Below the pieces are notes generated by a model that worked only from the letters and a program-made list of their open reading frames with translations, did not search any database and was not told the origin of the DNA. A stretch of 64,000 bases of DNA from Candidatus Altimarinota bacterium (GTDB lineage Bacteria; Patescibacteriota; Gracilibacteria; UBA4473): NCBI GenBank assembly GCA_965231215.1, contig OZ246423.1, positions 1,184,001-1,248,000 on the forward strand. Reading direction: 5' to 3'. A program made the translations under genes and the position numbers. Numbering within the stretch: the first letter of the stretch is position 1; every line of letters starts with the position of its first letter. Below, piece by piece: positions 1-9,510 of this stretch.

Positions 1-92
1 TAAACCTTAGAAAATATTTAAAAGATTTGTATGCAATTAATGCTCAAACACAGTAGACAAGAAAACCTGTAAAATTTTTTAAAAAGAGTCCC

Positions 93-1169
93 CTATTGTC
101 TCAGAAACGCCTGAATAAACGCTTCAATTTCGCCGTCAAAGACTTTGTCTGGATTCGCTTCTTCATAGTCAGTGCGGTGGTCTTTTACCAGTTTATAGGG
201 TTGTAGAGTGTAGGTGCGGATTTGAGATCCAAAGGCATTTTCCATAAGGTCTCCACGGAGTTTTTGTAGTGCTTCGGCCTTTTGTTCTAGCTTAAGTTGG
301 GTCAGTCTCGACCGAAGAACCTTGAGAGCAGCTTCTTTGTTTTGGTGTTGGGATTTCTCATTCTGGCACGTTACGACCAAATTTAGGGGAAGATAGGTTA
401 TGCGTACGGCACTGTCAGTAGTATTAACCGACTGCCCCCCTGCACCACTACTGCGGAATACATCTATGCGTATATCTTTTTCTTCAATCATTAGTTCAGA
501 TTCATCTTCCACTTCCGGCAAGATTTCGACTCGTGCAAAAGACGTCTGGCGCAGGCTCTTGGCATTAAAAGGGGAGAGTCTAATAAGCCGGTGTACTCCA
601 TGCTCTGATTTGAGTAATCCATAGGCGAGTGCTCCTTTAATTTCTATCATGGCAGATTTAATACCAGCCTCACTGTTAGATTCTTCTAAGACGCGGGTTT
701 TCCAGCCCTTAGATTCGGCAAATCGTAGATACATGCGCTGGAGTATTTGGCAAAAATCTTCGGCATCCTGGCCCCCATTTCCAACGTGCAGAGAGAGGAT
801 TACATTATTTTGATCATAGGCTCCTCCCAAAATAAGGAGGGTTTCGGCCTCATCGAAGGTGGTTTCTAAACTTTTGATTTCCTGTGTGATCTCGGCTATT
901 TCAGTTTCAGAGGTTATCGAAAGTAAATCAGCAAGGTCTGTAATGTTTTGCGCAATAGATTCCCAGAGGGTTATAAATTTTTCTAAGGTAGAAGCGTTTT
1001 GAGAAATTTTTTGAGCAGTAGTTTGGTCATTCCAAAAGTCAGGAGACTCCATTTGAGACTGAAGTGTTTTGAGTTCAGCTTTTTTAGTTTCCAAATCTAG
1101 GTTTGTTTTTACAGATTCATATCTGTTTTTTAAGGTTTTGAGTGATTGTTCAACTTCGGCTTGAGTCAT
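93..1169 (-). CDS. prfB: Peptide chain release factor 2, in one frame (no programmed frameshift)
   Basis: GGQ motif (SGAGGQSVNTTDSAVR), RF2-specific SPF motif (RLSPF), GVHRL and NEKSQHQNK. Start placed at ATG 1169 (MTQAEV); ORF track extends to 1199. Confidence 0.95.
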   Translation of the reverse strand: MTQAEVEQSLKTLKNRYESVKTNLDLETKKAELKTLQSQMESPDFWNDQTTAQKISQNASTLEKFITLWESIAQNITDLADLLSITSETEIAEITQEIKSLETTFDEAETLLILGGAYDQNNVILSLHVGNGGQDAEDFCQILQRMYLRFAESKGWKTRVLEESNSEAGIKSAMIEIKGALAYGLLKSEHGVHRLIRLSPFNAKSLRQTSFARVEILPEVEDESELMIEEKDIRIDVFRSSGAGGQSVNTTDSAVRITYLPLNLVVTCQNEKSQHQNKEAALKVLRSRLTQLKLEQKAEALQKLRGDLMENAFGSQIRTYTLQPYKLVKDHRTDYEEANPDKVFDGEIEAFIQAFLRQ

Positions 1170-1199
1170 AGTAACCAAATGATACTTAAGTTTCACCAT

Positions 1200-1229
1200 A
1201 AAAAAAGCACCCCATTACAGGGTGCTTTT
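1200..1229. terminator. Intrinsic terminator downstream of ftsZ
   Basis: aaaaaagcaccc-cattaca-gggtgctttt inverted repeat with A/T tracts on both sides. Confidence 0.7.
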
Positions 1230-1251
1230 AATTTCTGGATATTTTCAATAT

Positions 1252-2409
1252 TTATCGAAGTTTGTTTCGCAAGAAAGCTGGAGTTTCTAGATCATCTCCT
1301 TCTTCTATGTCTTCTACCCCGTTCATAGAGAACGCTTTGCGCATTAGTTGTGCGTGGCCTGGTTTCTTTTTGCCTTCGGCAGCAAACCCCGTAGCGATTA
1401 CGGTGATTTTAATTTCTCCGTTGTAATTTTCATTAATTACCGCACCAAAAATAATATTAGCTTCTGGATCGGCTGCATCTGTGATGACTTTGGCGGCTTC
1501 ATCAATTTCATACATTGAAAGATCTTCTCCACCAGTAACGTTGAAAAGAATCCCTTTAGCGCCACTAATAGATTGTTCTAGCAGTGGTGACTCAATAGCG
1601 GCTTTAGCTGCGTCTGTGGCTCGGCTTTCACCAGCGCCGTAACCAATACCCATGAGAGCGGTTCCAGCCTCTCTCATAATAGATTTAACATCAGCAAAAT
1701 CTACATTAATTAACCCGTGTAGGGTAATCAGATCAGCAATACCTTGTACCCCTTGTCTGAGTACTTCGTCCACCACAGAGAAGGCATCAGTGAGAGGTGT
1801 TTTTCTATCAATAATAGACAGGATTCTATCATTTGGAATCGTAATGAGGGTATCAACATTAGCTTTAAGAGCCTCGTATCCTTCATCGGCTTTTTTAGAT
1901 CGGTTCTGGCCTTCAAAGGAGAATGGTCGAGTTACCACCCCAACGGTGAGAGCTCCAAGCTCTTTGGCGACACTGGCTACCACTGGAGCGGCTCCAGTTC
2001 CAGTTCCACCTCCAAGACCACAGGTAACAAATACCATGTCAGACCCTTTAAGGGCGGCTTTAAGTTCTTCAACAGATTCTTCTGCAGCGGTTTTACCCAC
2101 TTCTGGGTTAGCTCCAGCTCCAAGACCTCGAGTGGCCTCTCGTCCAATATGGATTTTACTCTCGGCTTTAGAATGGTAGAGCGCTTGAGCATCTGTATTA
2201 ACCGCAATAAATTCAACATTAGCGAGGTCAGAAGTGGCCATTCGGTTTACGGCATTAGAGCCTCCACCACCAACTCCAACCACTTTAATATTAGCGACTG
2301 GGGCAATATCGGGGATACTGCTACTGGTACTACCAGAGGTGGCAGCATCTTGTGTTTGTCTTTTTTCGGCCTCTGTGCTGGCCATAGCTGATTGTAGTAA
2401 GTCTTTCAT
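1252..2409 (-). CDS. ftsZ: Cell division protein FtsZ
   Basis: [31 protein letters not shown] tubulin signature, NVDFAD T7 loop, C-terminal LETPAFLR peptide. Confidence 0.98.
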   Translation of the reverse strand: MKDLLQSAMASTEAEKRQTQDAATSGSTSSSIPDIAPVANIKVVGVGGGGSNAVNRMATSDLANVEFIAVNTDAQALYHSKAESKIHIGREATRGLGAGANPEVGKTAAEESVEELKAALKGSDMVFVTCGLGGGTGTGAAPVVASVAKELGALTVGVVTRPFSFEGQNRSKKADEGYEALKANVDTLITIPNDRILSIIDRKTPLTDAFSVVDEVLRQGVQGIADLITLHGLINVDFADVKSIMREAGTALMGIGYGAGESRATDAAKAAIESPLLEQSISGAKGILFNVTGGEDLSMYEIDEAAKVITDAADPEANIIFGAVINENYNGEIKITVIATGFAAEGKKKPGHAQLMRKAFSMNGVEDIEEGDDLETPAFLRNKLR

Positions 2410-2443
2410 TACAAATAGACGTTAAAAAATTTTGTGGGTTATT

Positions 2444-3676
2444 TTATTGAGGGAGTAAACCTTTCACCCATTTAAGGGCTCCATCAAAGGTTTTTCCAAA
2501 ATTAAAATCAAAAAGTGAAGGGGCACTACCATAGCGGTGAGCAAAATGTAGTAGTCCCGTTAAAGCGGCGAAACTTGGATCATCTACACGGTCTACAATA
2601 CCTTCTAGATCGCGTGGGAATCCCATTTGAACTGGAAGTTGCAGAGCTTCTCGTGCAAGATCTACGGTTCCTGGCATTTTTACACCACCACCGCAAACAA
2701 CCGCTCCGGCTGGAAGCATTCCATCTCGTCCAATTTTATGAAGTTCATCCCTTACCATAAGGAATACCTCATGATATCGGGCTTCTATAATTTTGGCTGC
2801 TTGGTGTTTTGATACGGCGTGGCTATCGGTTTTAGAAATTTGAGACAGATCAATCTCTTCTCGTTCGCTTACTTCTTTTGGAAGACAGGTTCCATATTCA
2901 ATTTTTACTTTTTCAGCTGTTTCAATAGAACACCGAAGACCAATGGCTAGGTCATTGGTTACGTGCTCGCCTCCCACGGGGATAACTGCAGAGTAGATCA
3001 CTGATCCTTCTTCAAATACGGCAATGTTAGTACAACTTGATCCTACTTCTATAAGGACTACCCCTAGCTCTTTTTGTTTTCTATTAAGAATCGCTTCACT
3101 AGCCGATAGTACCGTTGGCACAATTTCTGTGGGGTCTACTCCAGTTTGGTAGAGACATTTATCAATATTTTTAATGGCGGAAACCTGTCCCGTAATAATG
3201 TGAGCTTCTACCTCTAACCGGATACCGGTCATACCGACTGGATATTTTACATTTTTTTGAGAGTCTACAGCAAAGCTCTTTGGAATTACGCGTAGAATTT
3301 CACGGTTAGCCGGCAGTGAAACCGCTTGAGCCGCTTCTAGCACTCTATCTACATCGTCTTCTGTGATTTCGGCGTTTTGCCCGTTAATAGCAATAACGCC
3401 TCGGGAGTCATAGGTTTCAATATGGGTTCCTGAAATACCGACAAAGACTCGATGAATAGGTTCGCCAGACATTCGCTCAGCATCATCAAGAGCGGCGGTA
3501 ATATTAGAAGTCGCTTCATCGATATCCGTAATCATTCCTTTCCGAATACCATTAGAAGGGGAAACTCCTACACCAACTACATTAATAACACTTTTCTTCT
3601 CTTCTATAGTGCCAACGATGGTTCGAATTTTTGAGGAACCAATATCTAAACCCACTAAAGTTTTTTGATTTGCCAT
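2444..3676 (-). CDS. ftsA: Cell division protein FtsA
   Basis: GLDIGSSKI, PVGMTGIRLE, GGEHVTNDLA, AEKVKIEYG and a C-terminal amphipathic helix; directly upstream of ftsZ. Start at ATG 3676 (MANQKT). Confidence 0.96.
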   Translation of the reverse strand: MANQKTLVGLDIGSSKIRTIVGTIEEKKSVINVVGVGVSPSNGIRKGMITDIDEATSNITAALDDAERMSGEPIHRVFVGISGTHIETYDSRGVIAINGQNAEITEDDVDRVLEAAQAVSLPANREILRVIPKSFAVDSQKNVKYPVGMTGIRLEVEAHIITGQVSAIKNIDKCLYQTGVDPTEIVPTVLSASEAILNRKQKELGVVLIEVGSSCTNIAVFEEGSVIYSAVIPVGGEHVTNDLAIGLRCSIETAEKVKIEYGTCLPKEVSEREEIDLSQISKTDSHAVSKHQAAKIIEARYHEVFLMVRDELHKIGRDGMLPAGAVVCGGGVKMPGTVDLAREALQLPVQMGFPRDLEGIVDRVDDPSFAALTGLLHFAHRYGSAPSLFDFNFGKTFDGALKWVKGLLPQ

Positions 3677-4027
3677 TATATTATGGATTGAATCTCTAAA
3701 TAAAATTTTGTCGTTTTGGTTGTTTTTTGGACTGAGTGAGTATTGGTAATAGTCCGCTTCAACCTTAATAAAACGGTAGTTATTTTTGGATCGTTGTGCA
3801 AATCTTTTTTTCTTGTAGACCGCTTGTGAACTGTTTTTTTGAACAATTGAACATAGGCTAGTTCTGGGCTTTGTTTTCTTAATGTAAAAATAAAAAAAGT
3901 CCGGAAAACACATTTTTTACTCAAAGGGTAAAAAAGGCTGTTTTTTGTATATTTTTAACCTGAAAACCTCATTTTTATAACAAAATGGTAATTAAATTTA
4001 TGGATTTATAACTTTCTATAATTTTAA

Positions 4028-4966
4028 CTAAAAGAGTGACATTTGATCCTCTATATCAGCTTTTTTTGTATCTAAATTTGGTTCTTTGGTTATTGTTTGA
4101 TCAATTTTATTGTTCAAATTTTTGGCTCGTGTAACCAAGCTTTTGAAGCCTATTTTCTCCAAAAAGGGGATAAGGGTTTGATAATTGATATCATAGACCT
4201 CTTTGGGGAAATTATACTCGGTGGGGACGGTTAATGAGATGGTGGCTAAGTGTTGACAATGGTAGGCATAGGATTTGTGTTCTTCAAATTTTGCACGTAG
4301 TTTTACTGGTAGCTCTTCAAGATGGGTATAAATACCGTCGAGGGTTTTATATTGTGTTAAAAGCTTTACAGCCCCTTTAGGGCCTACCCCTTGTACGCCT
4401 TTATAATTATCAGAACTATCTCCACAGATGGCTTTGTAGTCTATGATTTGTTCCGGTTCTATCCCCAGTTTTTCAACTGTTTTAGCCCTGTCGTATATAT
4501 CGGGGGTTTTGCCATTAAATTTGGCGAGGTGGATTTTGTCTGATATGAGTTGTAAAAAGTCTAGATCCCCACTGAGAATAGTAGCATCGATGTTTTGATT
4601 TGCAGCTTTGTGAGCTATGGTTCCTATAATGTCATCGGCTTCAAATCCTGGCTTAATAAGGGTCGGAATTCCAAAAGCTTCAATAAGTTCAAATACTAAA
4701 GGAATTTGGGCAATAAACTCATCTGGAGCGGCTTCTCTTTGGGCTTTATAATCACTATCGGCTTCATGCCTGAAGGTTTTTTCTGGAGCATCAAAGGCCA
4801 CAATAACCGCCTCTGGGTTAAAAGTTTCTAAGGCCTGAAAAAGCGTCGTAGTGCAGCCATAGACAGCATTTACTGTTTTCCCTTCAAACATTGGCTGAAA
4901 CTTCACAGCATAAAAACTACGAAACATCATCGCATATCCATCTACCAGCAATATTTTTTGAACCAT
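4028..4966 (-). CDS. Stand-alone 5'-3' exonuclease / flap endonuclease (PolA N-terminal domain family)
   Basis: LLVDG, FRH..YKAQR, GFEADDIIGT, SGDLD, GDSSDNYKGVQGVGPKGA (H3TH). Ends at 312 aa with QMSLF and has no polymerase domain. Confidence 0.9.
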   Translation of the reverse strand: MVQKILLVDGYAMMFRSFYAVKFQPMFEGKTVNAVYGCTTTLFQALETFNPEAVIVAFDAPEKTFRHEADSDYKAQREAAPDEFIAQIPLVFELIEAFGIPTLIKPGFEADDIIGTIAHKAANQNIDATILSGDLDFLQLISDKIHLAKFNGKTPDIYDRAKTVEKLGIEPEQIIDYKAICGDSSDNYKGVQGVGPKGAVKLLTQYKTLDGIYTHLEELPVKLRAKFEEHKSYAYHCQHLATISLTVPTEYNFPKEVYDINYQTLIPFLEKIGFKSLVTRAKNLNNKIDQTITKEPNLDTKKADIEDQMSLF

Positions 4967-5133
4967 ATCAGTATTATTGTCCTCTTTTTTGTGTGAAATT
5001 TCAAAGATATTGCAGTTTTTTACTGGCTTAACGGTAGTTTTGTATATTTTAATGTTTTTTTCATTTATGCAATGACTCTTTATCGACTTCTCGCTTTTTT
5101 TCAGCTATAATGGCGGGATTTGTTTAAATTTAA

Positions 5134-5676
5134 ATGACTACAAAATCTAGTACCAAAACCGCTTCAACAAAGTTTGCTCAAAAACAGTTTCATATTGGAA
5201 TTATTAACCCTTTAAACGCAAAGAGAAACGTAGATATTCTTTTGAAAGCGGTTGAGCCACTTTGTGAGTTAGGGTTTACACTTTCGGTACTAGCGGTAGG
5301 GGATAAGGAGTCTCAGGCTAAATGTTTTGAGCTTTCTCAAAGCTATCTAGAGAGCTTTGAACTGCTAGAATCTATCCCCAGTAATAAAAAATCTATCTTT
5401 TCCAGGTCTCAGGTAATTTGTTTTACAAGTCAACCTGATGAAAAAACACTCAAAGAGCTAGCGAAGAAGGGGATTGTGCCCATTATGCCAGAGGGAAGTC
5501 ATAAAGATTTCCAAAATTTTAGCGCTCAGACGGAGAGTGGGAATGCCTTTCTATTTGATCCAGAAAACTTTTGGGAATTCCTCGCTACCATTATTCGAGC
5601 CTATGAAAATTACAAGTTCCCCTATGACTGGAATACCCTCAAAAAGAATCTCAAGAAAACAGGGGAAGAGTTGTAA
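5134..5676 (+). CDS. Protein resembling the C-terminal GT-B domain of glycogen synthase
   Basis: ESGNAFLF...FLATIIRAYENYKFPYDW resembles the GlgA C-terminus (GNGF.F...RA...Y....W); no N-terminal domain. Confidence 0.55.
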   Translation: MTTKSSTKTASTKFAQKQFHIGIINPLNAKRNVDILLKAVEPLCELGFTLSVLAVGDKESQAKCFELSQSYLESFELLESIPSNKKSIFSRSQVICFTSQPDEKTLKELAKKGIVPIMPEGSHKDFQNFSAQTESGNAFLFDPENFWEFLATIIRAYENYKFPYDWNTLKKNLKKTGEEL

Positions 5677-5697
5677 TCAATAAACTTACACCAGAAA

Positions 5698-6159
5698 TTA
5701 GCTACTATTTTCTATAGTGGCTCTTGTGTGATCCCAAATATATCGATGATCACATTTAAGTAAACCTATATCACACCCCATTTTTTTTATTGCGAGACGT
5801 GTTTGTATTCCTGCTTTAGCAATAAGTATTCGAGGACAGTATAGGGGAAGAGCAAGTACCTCAGGAATAGGGTCTGGAACAAAACGGCTATACTGTAGAG
5901 CTGTTTCATCTACGATTATTCCATCTTCAGTAATGGTATACCAATGATCACCACAACAACTACGTAGAGTTTTTGTGCCTGGTACTTTTTCTGTGAAATC
6001 TTTAGAAAACCATCCACAGTATCCTTGAGAATAAATATTGTCTCGTGTTAGTTTTCTATGAGATAGTAAGCCTTTATTTCTCCTATGGAGAGCTCCCAAA
6101 ACTTCTTCTGCAACAGTATGCAGGTGGTTAAAACGATCTTCAGGAATACCAAACTTCAT
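5698..6159 (-). CDS. Hypothetical protein (Cys/His-containing; possible papain/transglutaminase-like motif)
   Basis: 153-aa ORF with GYCGWFS...DHWY...IVDETALQY pattern; no confident family. Confidence 0.5.
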   Translation of the reverse strand: MKFGIPEDRFNHLHTVAEEVLGALHRRNKGLLSHRKLTRDNIYSQGYCGWFSKDFTEKVPGTKTLRSCCGDHWYTITEDGIIVDETALQYSRFVPDPIPEVLALPLYCPRILIAKAGIQTRLAIKKMGCDIGLLKCDHRYIWDHTRATIENSS

Positions 6160-6276
6160 AGCTTTTTTTTGATATTATTTTTTAGTATAAAATCAAGATA
6201 AATAAAGATTAAACGAAATAAAGAAAAAATTTGCTCTACGCTAATTTTTTTTTAAACTCCTCTGGCTCTTATTGAT

Positions 6277-6361
6277 GCGCGAGTGGTGGAATTGGTAGAC
6301 ACGCTGGTCTTAGGAACCAGTGGAGCAATCCGTGAAGGTTCGAGTCCTTTCTCGCGCACCA
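6277..6361 (+). tRNA. tRNA-Leu(TAG)
   Basis: GCGCGAG acceptor stem pairing with CTCGCGC, D-loop TGGTAG, anticodon arm CTGGT-CT-TAG-GA-ACCAG, long variable arm, GGTTCGAGTCC T-arm, encoded CCA. Confidence 0.96.
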
Positions 6362-6364
6362 TAA

Positions 6365-6401
6365 AAAAGTTTTTGAACCTATGAGGTTTAGAAACTTTTT
6401 T
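6365..6401 (+). terminator. Terminator hairpin after tRNA-Leu
   Basis: aaaagtttttgaacct-atg-aggtttagaaactttt followed by T tract. Confidence 0.6.
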
Positions 6402-6511
6402 ATTTTACTGTTAGAAGCTTCTATAAAATTTCGACACGAAAAATGATAGAGCGAAGCGATGAGTATTTGAGTGCCGCGAGGAAGGAGCGGTGTGTTTTTT
6501 CGCGCATCATT

Positions 6512-6547
6512 AAAAAAACCGACCTCAGTTTACTAGGCCGGTTTTTT
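6512..6547. terminator. Bidirectional terminator
   Basis: aaaaaaaccgacct...aggccggtttttt between convergent tRNA-Leu and the 6575..7399 gene. Confidence 0.6.
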
Positions 6548-6574
6548 AAAATTAAATCTTTTGCTCTTAATTAC

Positions 6575-7399
6575 TTAATTATCTAGCAGATCATCTCCAC
6601 TGAGATTCCCCTCCATTCGTTTGCCTCGGTATATTCGAGCTCTAGATCTGAGCCTTTCACGAATGTCTATCGTTTGTCTGTTTTCAGCTCGTTTTTCTCT
6701 TTGAGATTGGTTGTATTTAGACTGAAGATTATATGGATTTCTTCCGTAATTTTTTTGTGTTGTATGCTGTCTTGAGAGTACGGACCACTGGATAGTATTT
6801 TTAAGGTTTCCGCTTCTGTTAGTTCGGTTGGCCCGACTATATACAGGTGCTCGAGATTGTCTTCGTTCAGTTCGCTCTTGTTTAGTGGTGTCGCCTTCCT
6901 GTACATAACCGCCTTTTCTTAGGTAGCGTTTGTACTGATCTAGTTTATGATAATTTTTATCTGTAGTAGCGGTAATTTCATCAGTGTCAGTAGTAGTCTG
7001 AGTTGGGAGTCTTCGGTACCGAGCATTGCCTCGAGTAAGGCTTCCTCTTCCCACTCTGAAGCTTTTGCTATTCATGCGTCTGTCGGAAGGAGTAGAAGCA
7101 GTTTGCGCTTTTAGCTGCCAATAACGTCGCATGCGTTCGCTACGGCTTTGCATTTTTTGTTCTAAGCTAGTCCTCTCTGTCTGGCGTTCAATAATCTCAC
7201 AGCTAGGAATAGATTTCCAGTCATCTGGTACATCACAGGGCGTTGTAAATTCCTGACATACCCCTTCAGGACTTACGGCTGGTTGGATCACTTGAATGCA
7301 GGCATCCCCCTCAACGATATCAGTCTCGGCAAACGAAATGGCAGGGAGTACCAAAATTAAAGCGAATAAGAAATGTTTGCTAATGTGGCTTTGTGTCAT
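6575..7399 (-). CDS. Secreted hypothetical protein with small Cys domain and Arg-rich tail
   Basis: Signal peptide ending AISFA, CIQVIQPAVSPEGVCQEFTTPCDVPDDW motif, then ~200 aa R/K/T/N-rich region. Confidence 0.75.
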   Translation of the reverse strand: MTQSHISKHFLFALILVLPAISFAETDIVEGDACIQVIQPAVSPEGVCQEFTTPCDVPDDWKSIPSCEIIERQTERTSLEQKMQSRSERMRRYWQLKAQTASTPSDRRMNSKSFRVGRGSLTRGNARYRRLPTQTTTDTDEITATTDKNYHKLDQYKRYLRKGGYVQEGDTTKQERTERRQSRAPVYSRANRTNRSGNLKNTIQWSVLSRQHTTQKNYGRNPYNLQSKYNQSQREKRAENRQTIDIRERLRSRARIYRGKRMEGNLSGDDLLDN

Positions 7400-7434
7400 T
7401 TTTTTGTTTTTAAAAGATATTTTGTGGGACTTGA

Positions 7435-8565
7435 TTATGACTGCCTATTCATTTTTTGCAAGAGCCGTTGTCTGAGACGTTCTTTGATGCTCAGACCACT
7501 GTTAGATTTTTTAGTAGTGGTAGTTCGCGTGGTAGTCGTGCTACTTTTTATACCCAGTTTTGATTCCCATCGTCGAAGCTCTGATTGAAGCTTGTTGATC
7601 TGGGCTTTCAGTTCTGAAATCTTTTTACGTATAGCGGTTTTGTCATTGGTATCAATGCCAGCTCCAGTTTCTGTAGTGGTAGTAGTGGTCGTAGAACTAC
7701 TACTAGAACTATCTCCAATATTAAGGGTGTAGACAGATTTTTTCTCAATTCGTTCAAGGTTTCGTGAGGCTCGTGTAGTTCCGTCTCGTGGTACAGCCGC
7801 AATAGTTTTGAAGCTTTTGATACTACTGGTTCCAAATTTTCGATCTTCTCCTCCAGAGGTTTTGTAAAAGTAGCCTTTAGCATAATACTGAGTATTTGGC
7901 TCTAACCCTTTAACTCGCATTACATATTGAGATCGGCTTGTAGTTTTAGCTTCAACAATAGGATCGGCTAGATCTGATTTATTAGAAATTACGACCATAA
8001 AACCATCAAAATCACTACTAGTCATTTTGTTTGGTCGAGACCATGAAAAATCTGCAAAGTTGTCGTAAGAAACGGTTCTTAGTGTTCCAAATTCAAAATC
8101 ATCACCATTGGTGGAACTAGTCCCTCCAGAGCTAAAAGTAATGACAGGGTCCGTTACAGAAATTTCTTCCTTGGTAACTACATTTTGGAAGTTCACTTTC
8201 CATTTGATCATTTTTGACCCATTTCCGAGCAGGCGGTAGTTATTTTCGTTTACAGTATAAGTGTAAACTCTTAGATAGTAGTATCGGTCATGCTCAAAAC
8301 TAGCACGTCTGAGACTTAGTCCCGTAGCGCGTCCTTCATACCGGTTGGCATGTTTCGTAATCTGGACATTAGATTGACGATCACTCCACTGGATAGCGTA
8401 TCCGTCGATTTTATTAAGCGTGTCGTTATCTACAGGACTCCAGTTGACCGTAAGGTAGTCTGCGTCAGCGTTTAGGGTAATGCCGGTGATAGGTTCAGCA
8501 TGAGATATAGCACTAAAAAACAGGCCAACAGTAAATAAAAGCAGGTTCCGGTACAAAGATTTCAT
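7435..8565 (-). CDS. Secreted protein with two fibronectin type III-like domains, S/T linker and coiled coil
   Basis: Signal peptide (SAISHA), LTVNWSPV..GYAIQW..YYYLRVYTY, FSWSRP..GLEPNTQYY. Start placed at MKSLYR (8565). Confidence 0.7.
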   Translation of the reverse strand: MKSLYRNLLLFTVGLFFSAISHAEPITGITLNADADYLTVNWSPVDNDTLNKIDGYAIQWSDRQSNVQITKHANRYEGRATGLSLRRASFEHDRYYYLRVYTYTVNENNYRLLGNGSKMIKWKVNFQNVVTKEEISVTDPVITFSSGGTSSTNGDDFEFGTLRTVSYDNFADFSWSRPNKMTSSDFDGFMVVISNKSDLADPIVEAKTTSRSQYVMRVKGLEPNTQYYAKGYFYKTSGGEDRKFGTSSIKSFKTIAAVPRDGTTRASRNLERIEKKSVYTLNIGDSSSSSSTTTTTTTETGAGIDTNDKTAIRKKISELKAQINKLQSELRRWESKLGIKSSTTTTRTTTTKKSNSGLSIKERLRQRLLQKMNRQS

Positions 8566-8679
8566 ATTTTTTTGGTTAAGATTTTTCAGTGAGTATGCTA
8601 CTAGCCCCAAAATTGAGCGTCAAGTTTCACTTTCACCAAAAAATATCAACGACCCCAAAATCAAAACGTGACAAAAATT

Positions 8680-9357
8680 TTAAATTTCTGGTTGATTATT
8701 GAGCCATCTAGAAGTCCAGAACGGCCAGATCACAAATTCGGCTCGACCTTTGATATTCTTTTTAGTGACAAAGGCTGTATTGGTTTCATCAGCACACCCA
8801 CCCTGAGCGTCAAAACATTTCCGGGCATCTAAACTTTCGGCTCGGTTATCTCCAAAGAGGAGGTATTCTCCTTCTGGCACCACAAAAACTTTTTTATCTG
8901 TATAGGTTCGACCTTTATTTCTAGAGGAGAGATAAGGTTCTTTGAGCGGATATTCTTCGTATTGGTCATTATTTAAAAAGACCGTTCCTTTTTGGATGGT
9001 GACAGTATCACCTGGAACTCCAATAACCCTTTTTACATAGTGAGTTCGCTTGTTAGGAGGTCTAAATACAACCACTTCTCCACGCATTGGATCTTCTAAG
9101 AAGTTATAGAGAAATTGATTTACAAAAATAAATTCCCCTTTTCCATGTTCACATTCCTCGTTAAGCCAGTTAAGAGTAGGGCACATAGAAGGACCAGATA
9201 CATGAAATATCTGAAATACATAGAACCTGATACACAGTACGATCACTAAAAGAACGGCCATTTCTATCACAAAACTAGTCCAACTCTGATTTTGTTCTTT
9301 TAACATTCTGGCCGATATTAGGGAGTTTTTTGCAATTCGCAAAAATTTATTTTCCAA
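8680..9357 (-). CDS. lepB: Signal peptidase I
   Basis: N-terminal TM, SGPSMCPTL (catalytic Ser), YVKRVIGVPGD (catalytic Lys), GDNRAESLDAR. True start may be ATG 9306. Confidence 0.93.
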   Translation of the reverse strand: MENKFLRIAKNSLISARMLKEQNQSWTSFVIEMAVLLVIVLCIRFYVFQIFHVSGPSMCPTLNWLNEECEHGKGEFIFVNQFLYNFLEDPMRGEVVVFRPPNKRTHYVKRVIGVPGDTVTIQKGTVFLNNDQYEEYPLKEPYLSSRNKGRTYTDKKVFVVPEGEYLLFGDNRAESLDARKCFDAQGGCADETNTAFVTKKNIKGRAEFVIWPFWTSRWLNNQPEI

Positions 9358-9510
9358 TAAGTTTCGGCTTTCTTTGTTTTAGATATTGGTAATTGGCTTT
9401 AAACCTATTAGGCCAGAGGGTGAACTAAGGCTCTAACAAAGCCTGAAAAACGGATGGTTTTTAGTTAAAAATTTTAGATTTTTAACTCGTTCTAGTATAG
9501 AATTTAGCTA

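Noticed and set aside
1090-1125. Programmed +1 frameshift in prfB
   Set aside because: The frame is open through the equivalent position and there is no CTT-TGA site.
1652-2391. Long antisense ORFs over ftsZ (and similar ones over nrdA, the 1470-aa gene and the P-type ATPase)
   Set aside because: Shadow ORFs opposite well-supported genes, with no motifs of their own.
3677-3924. 79-aa N-terminal extension of FtsA and the overlapping 82-aa ORF
   Set aside because: AT-rich promoter-like sequence; FtsA homology begins at MANQKTLVGLDIG.
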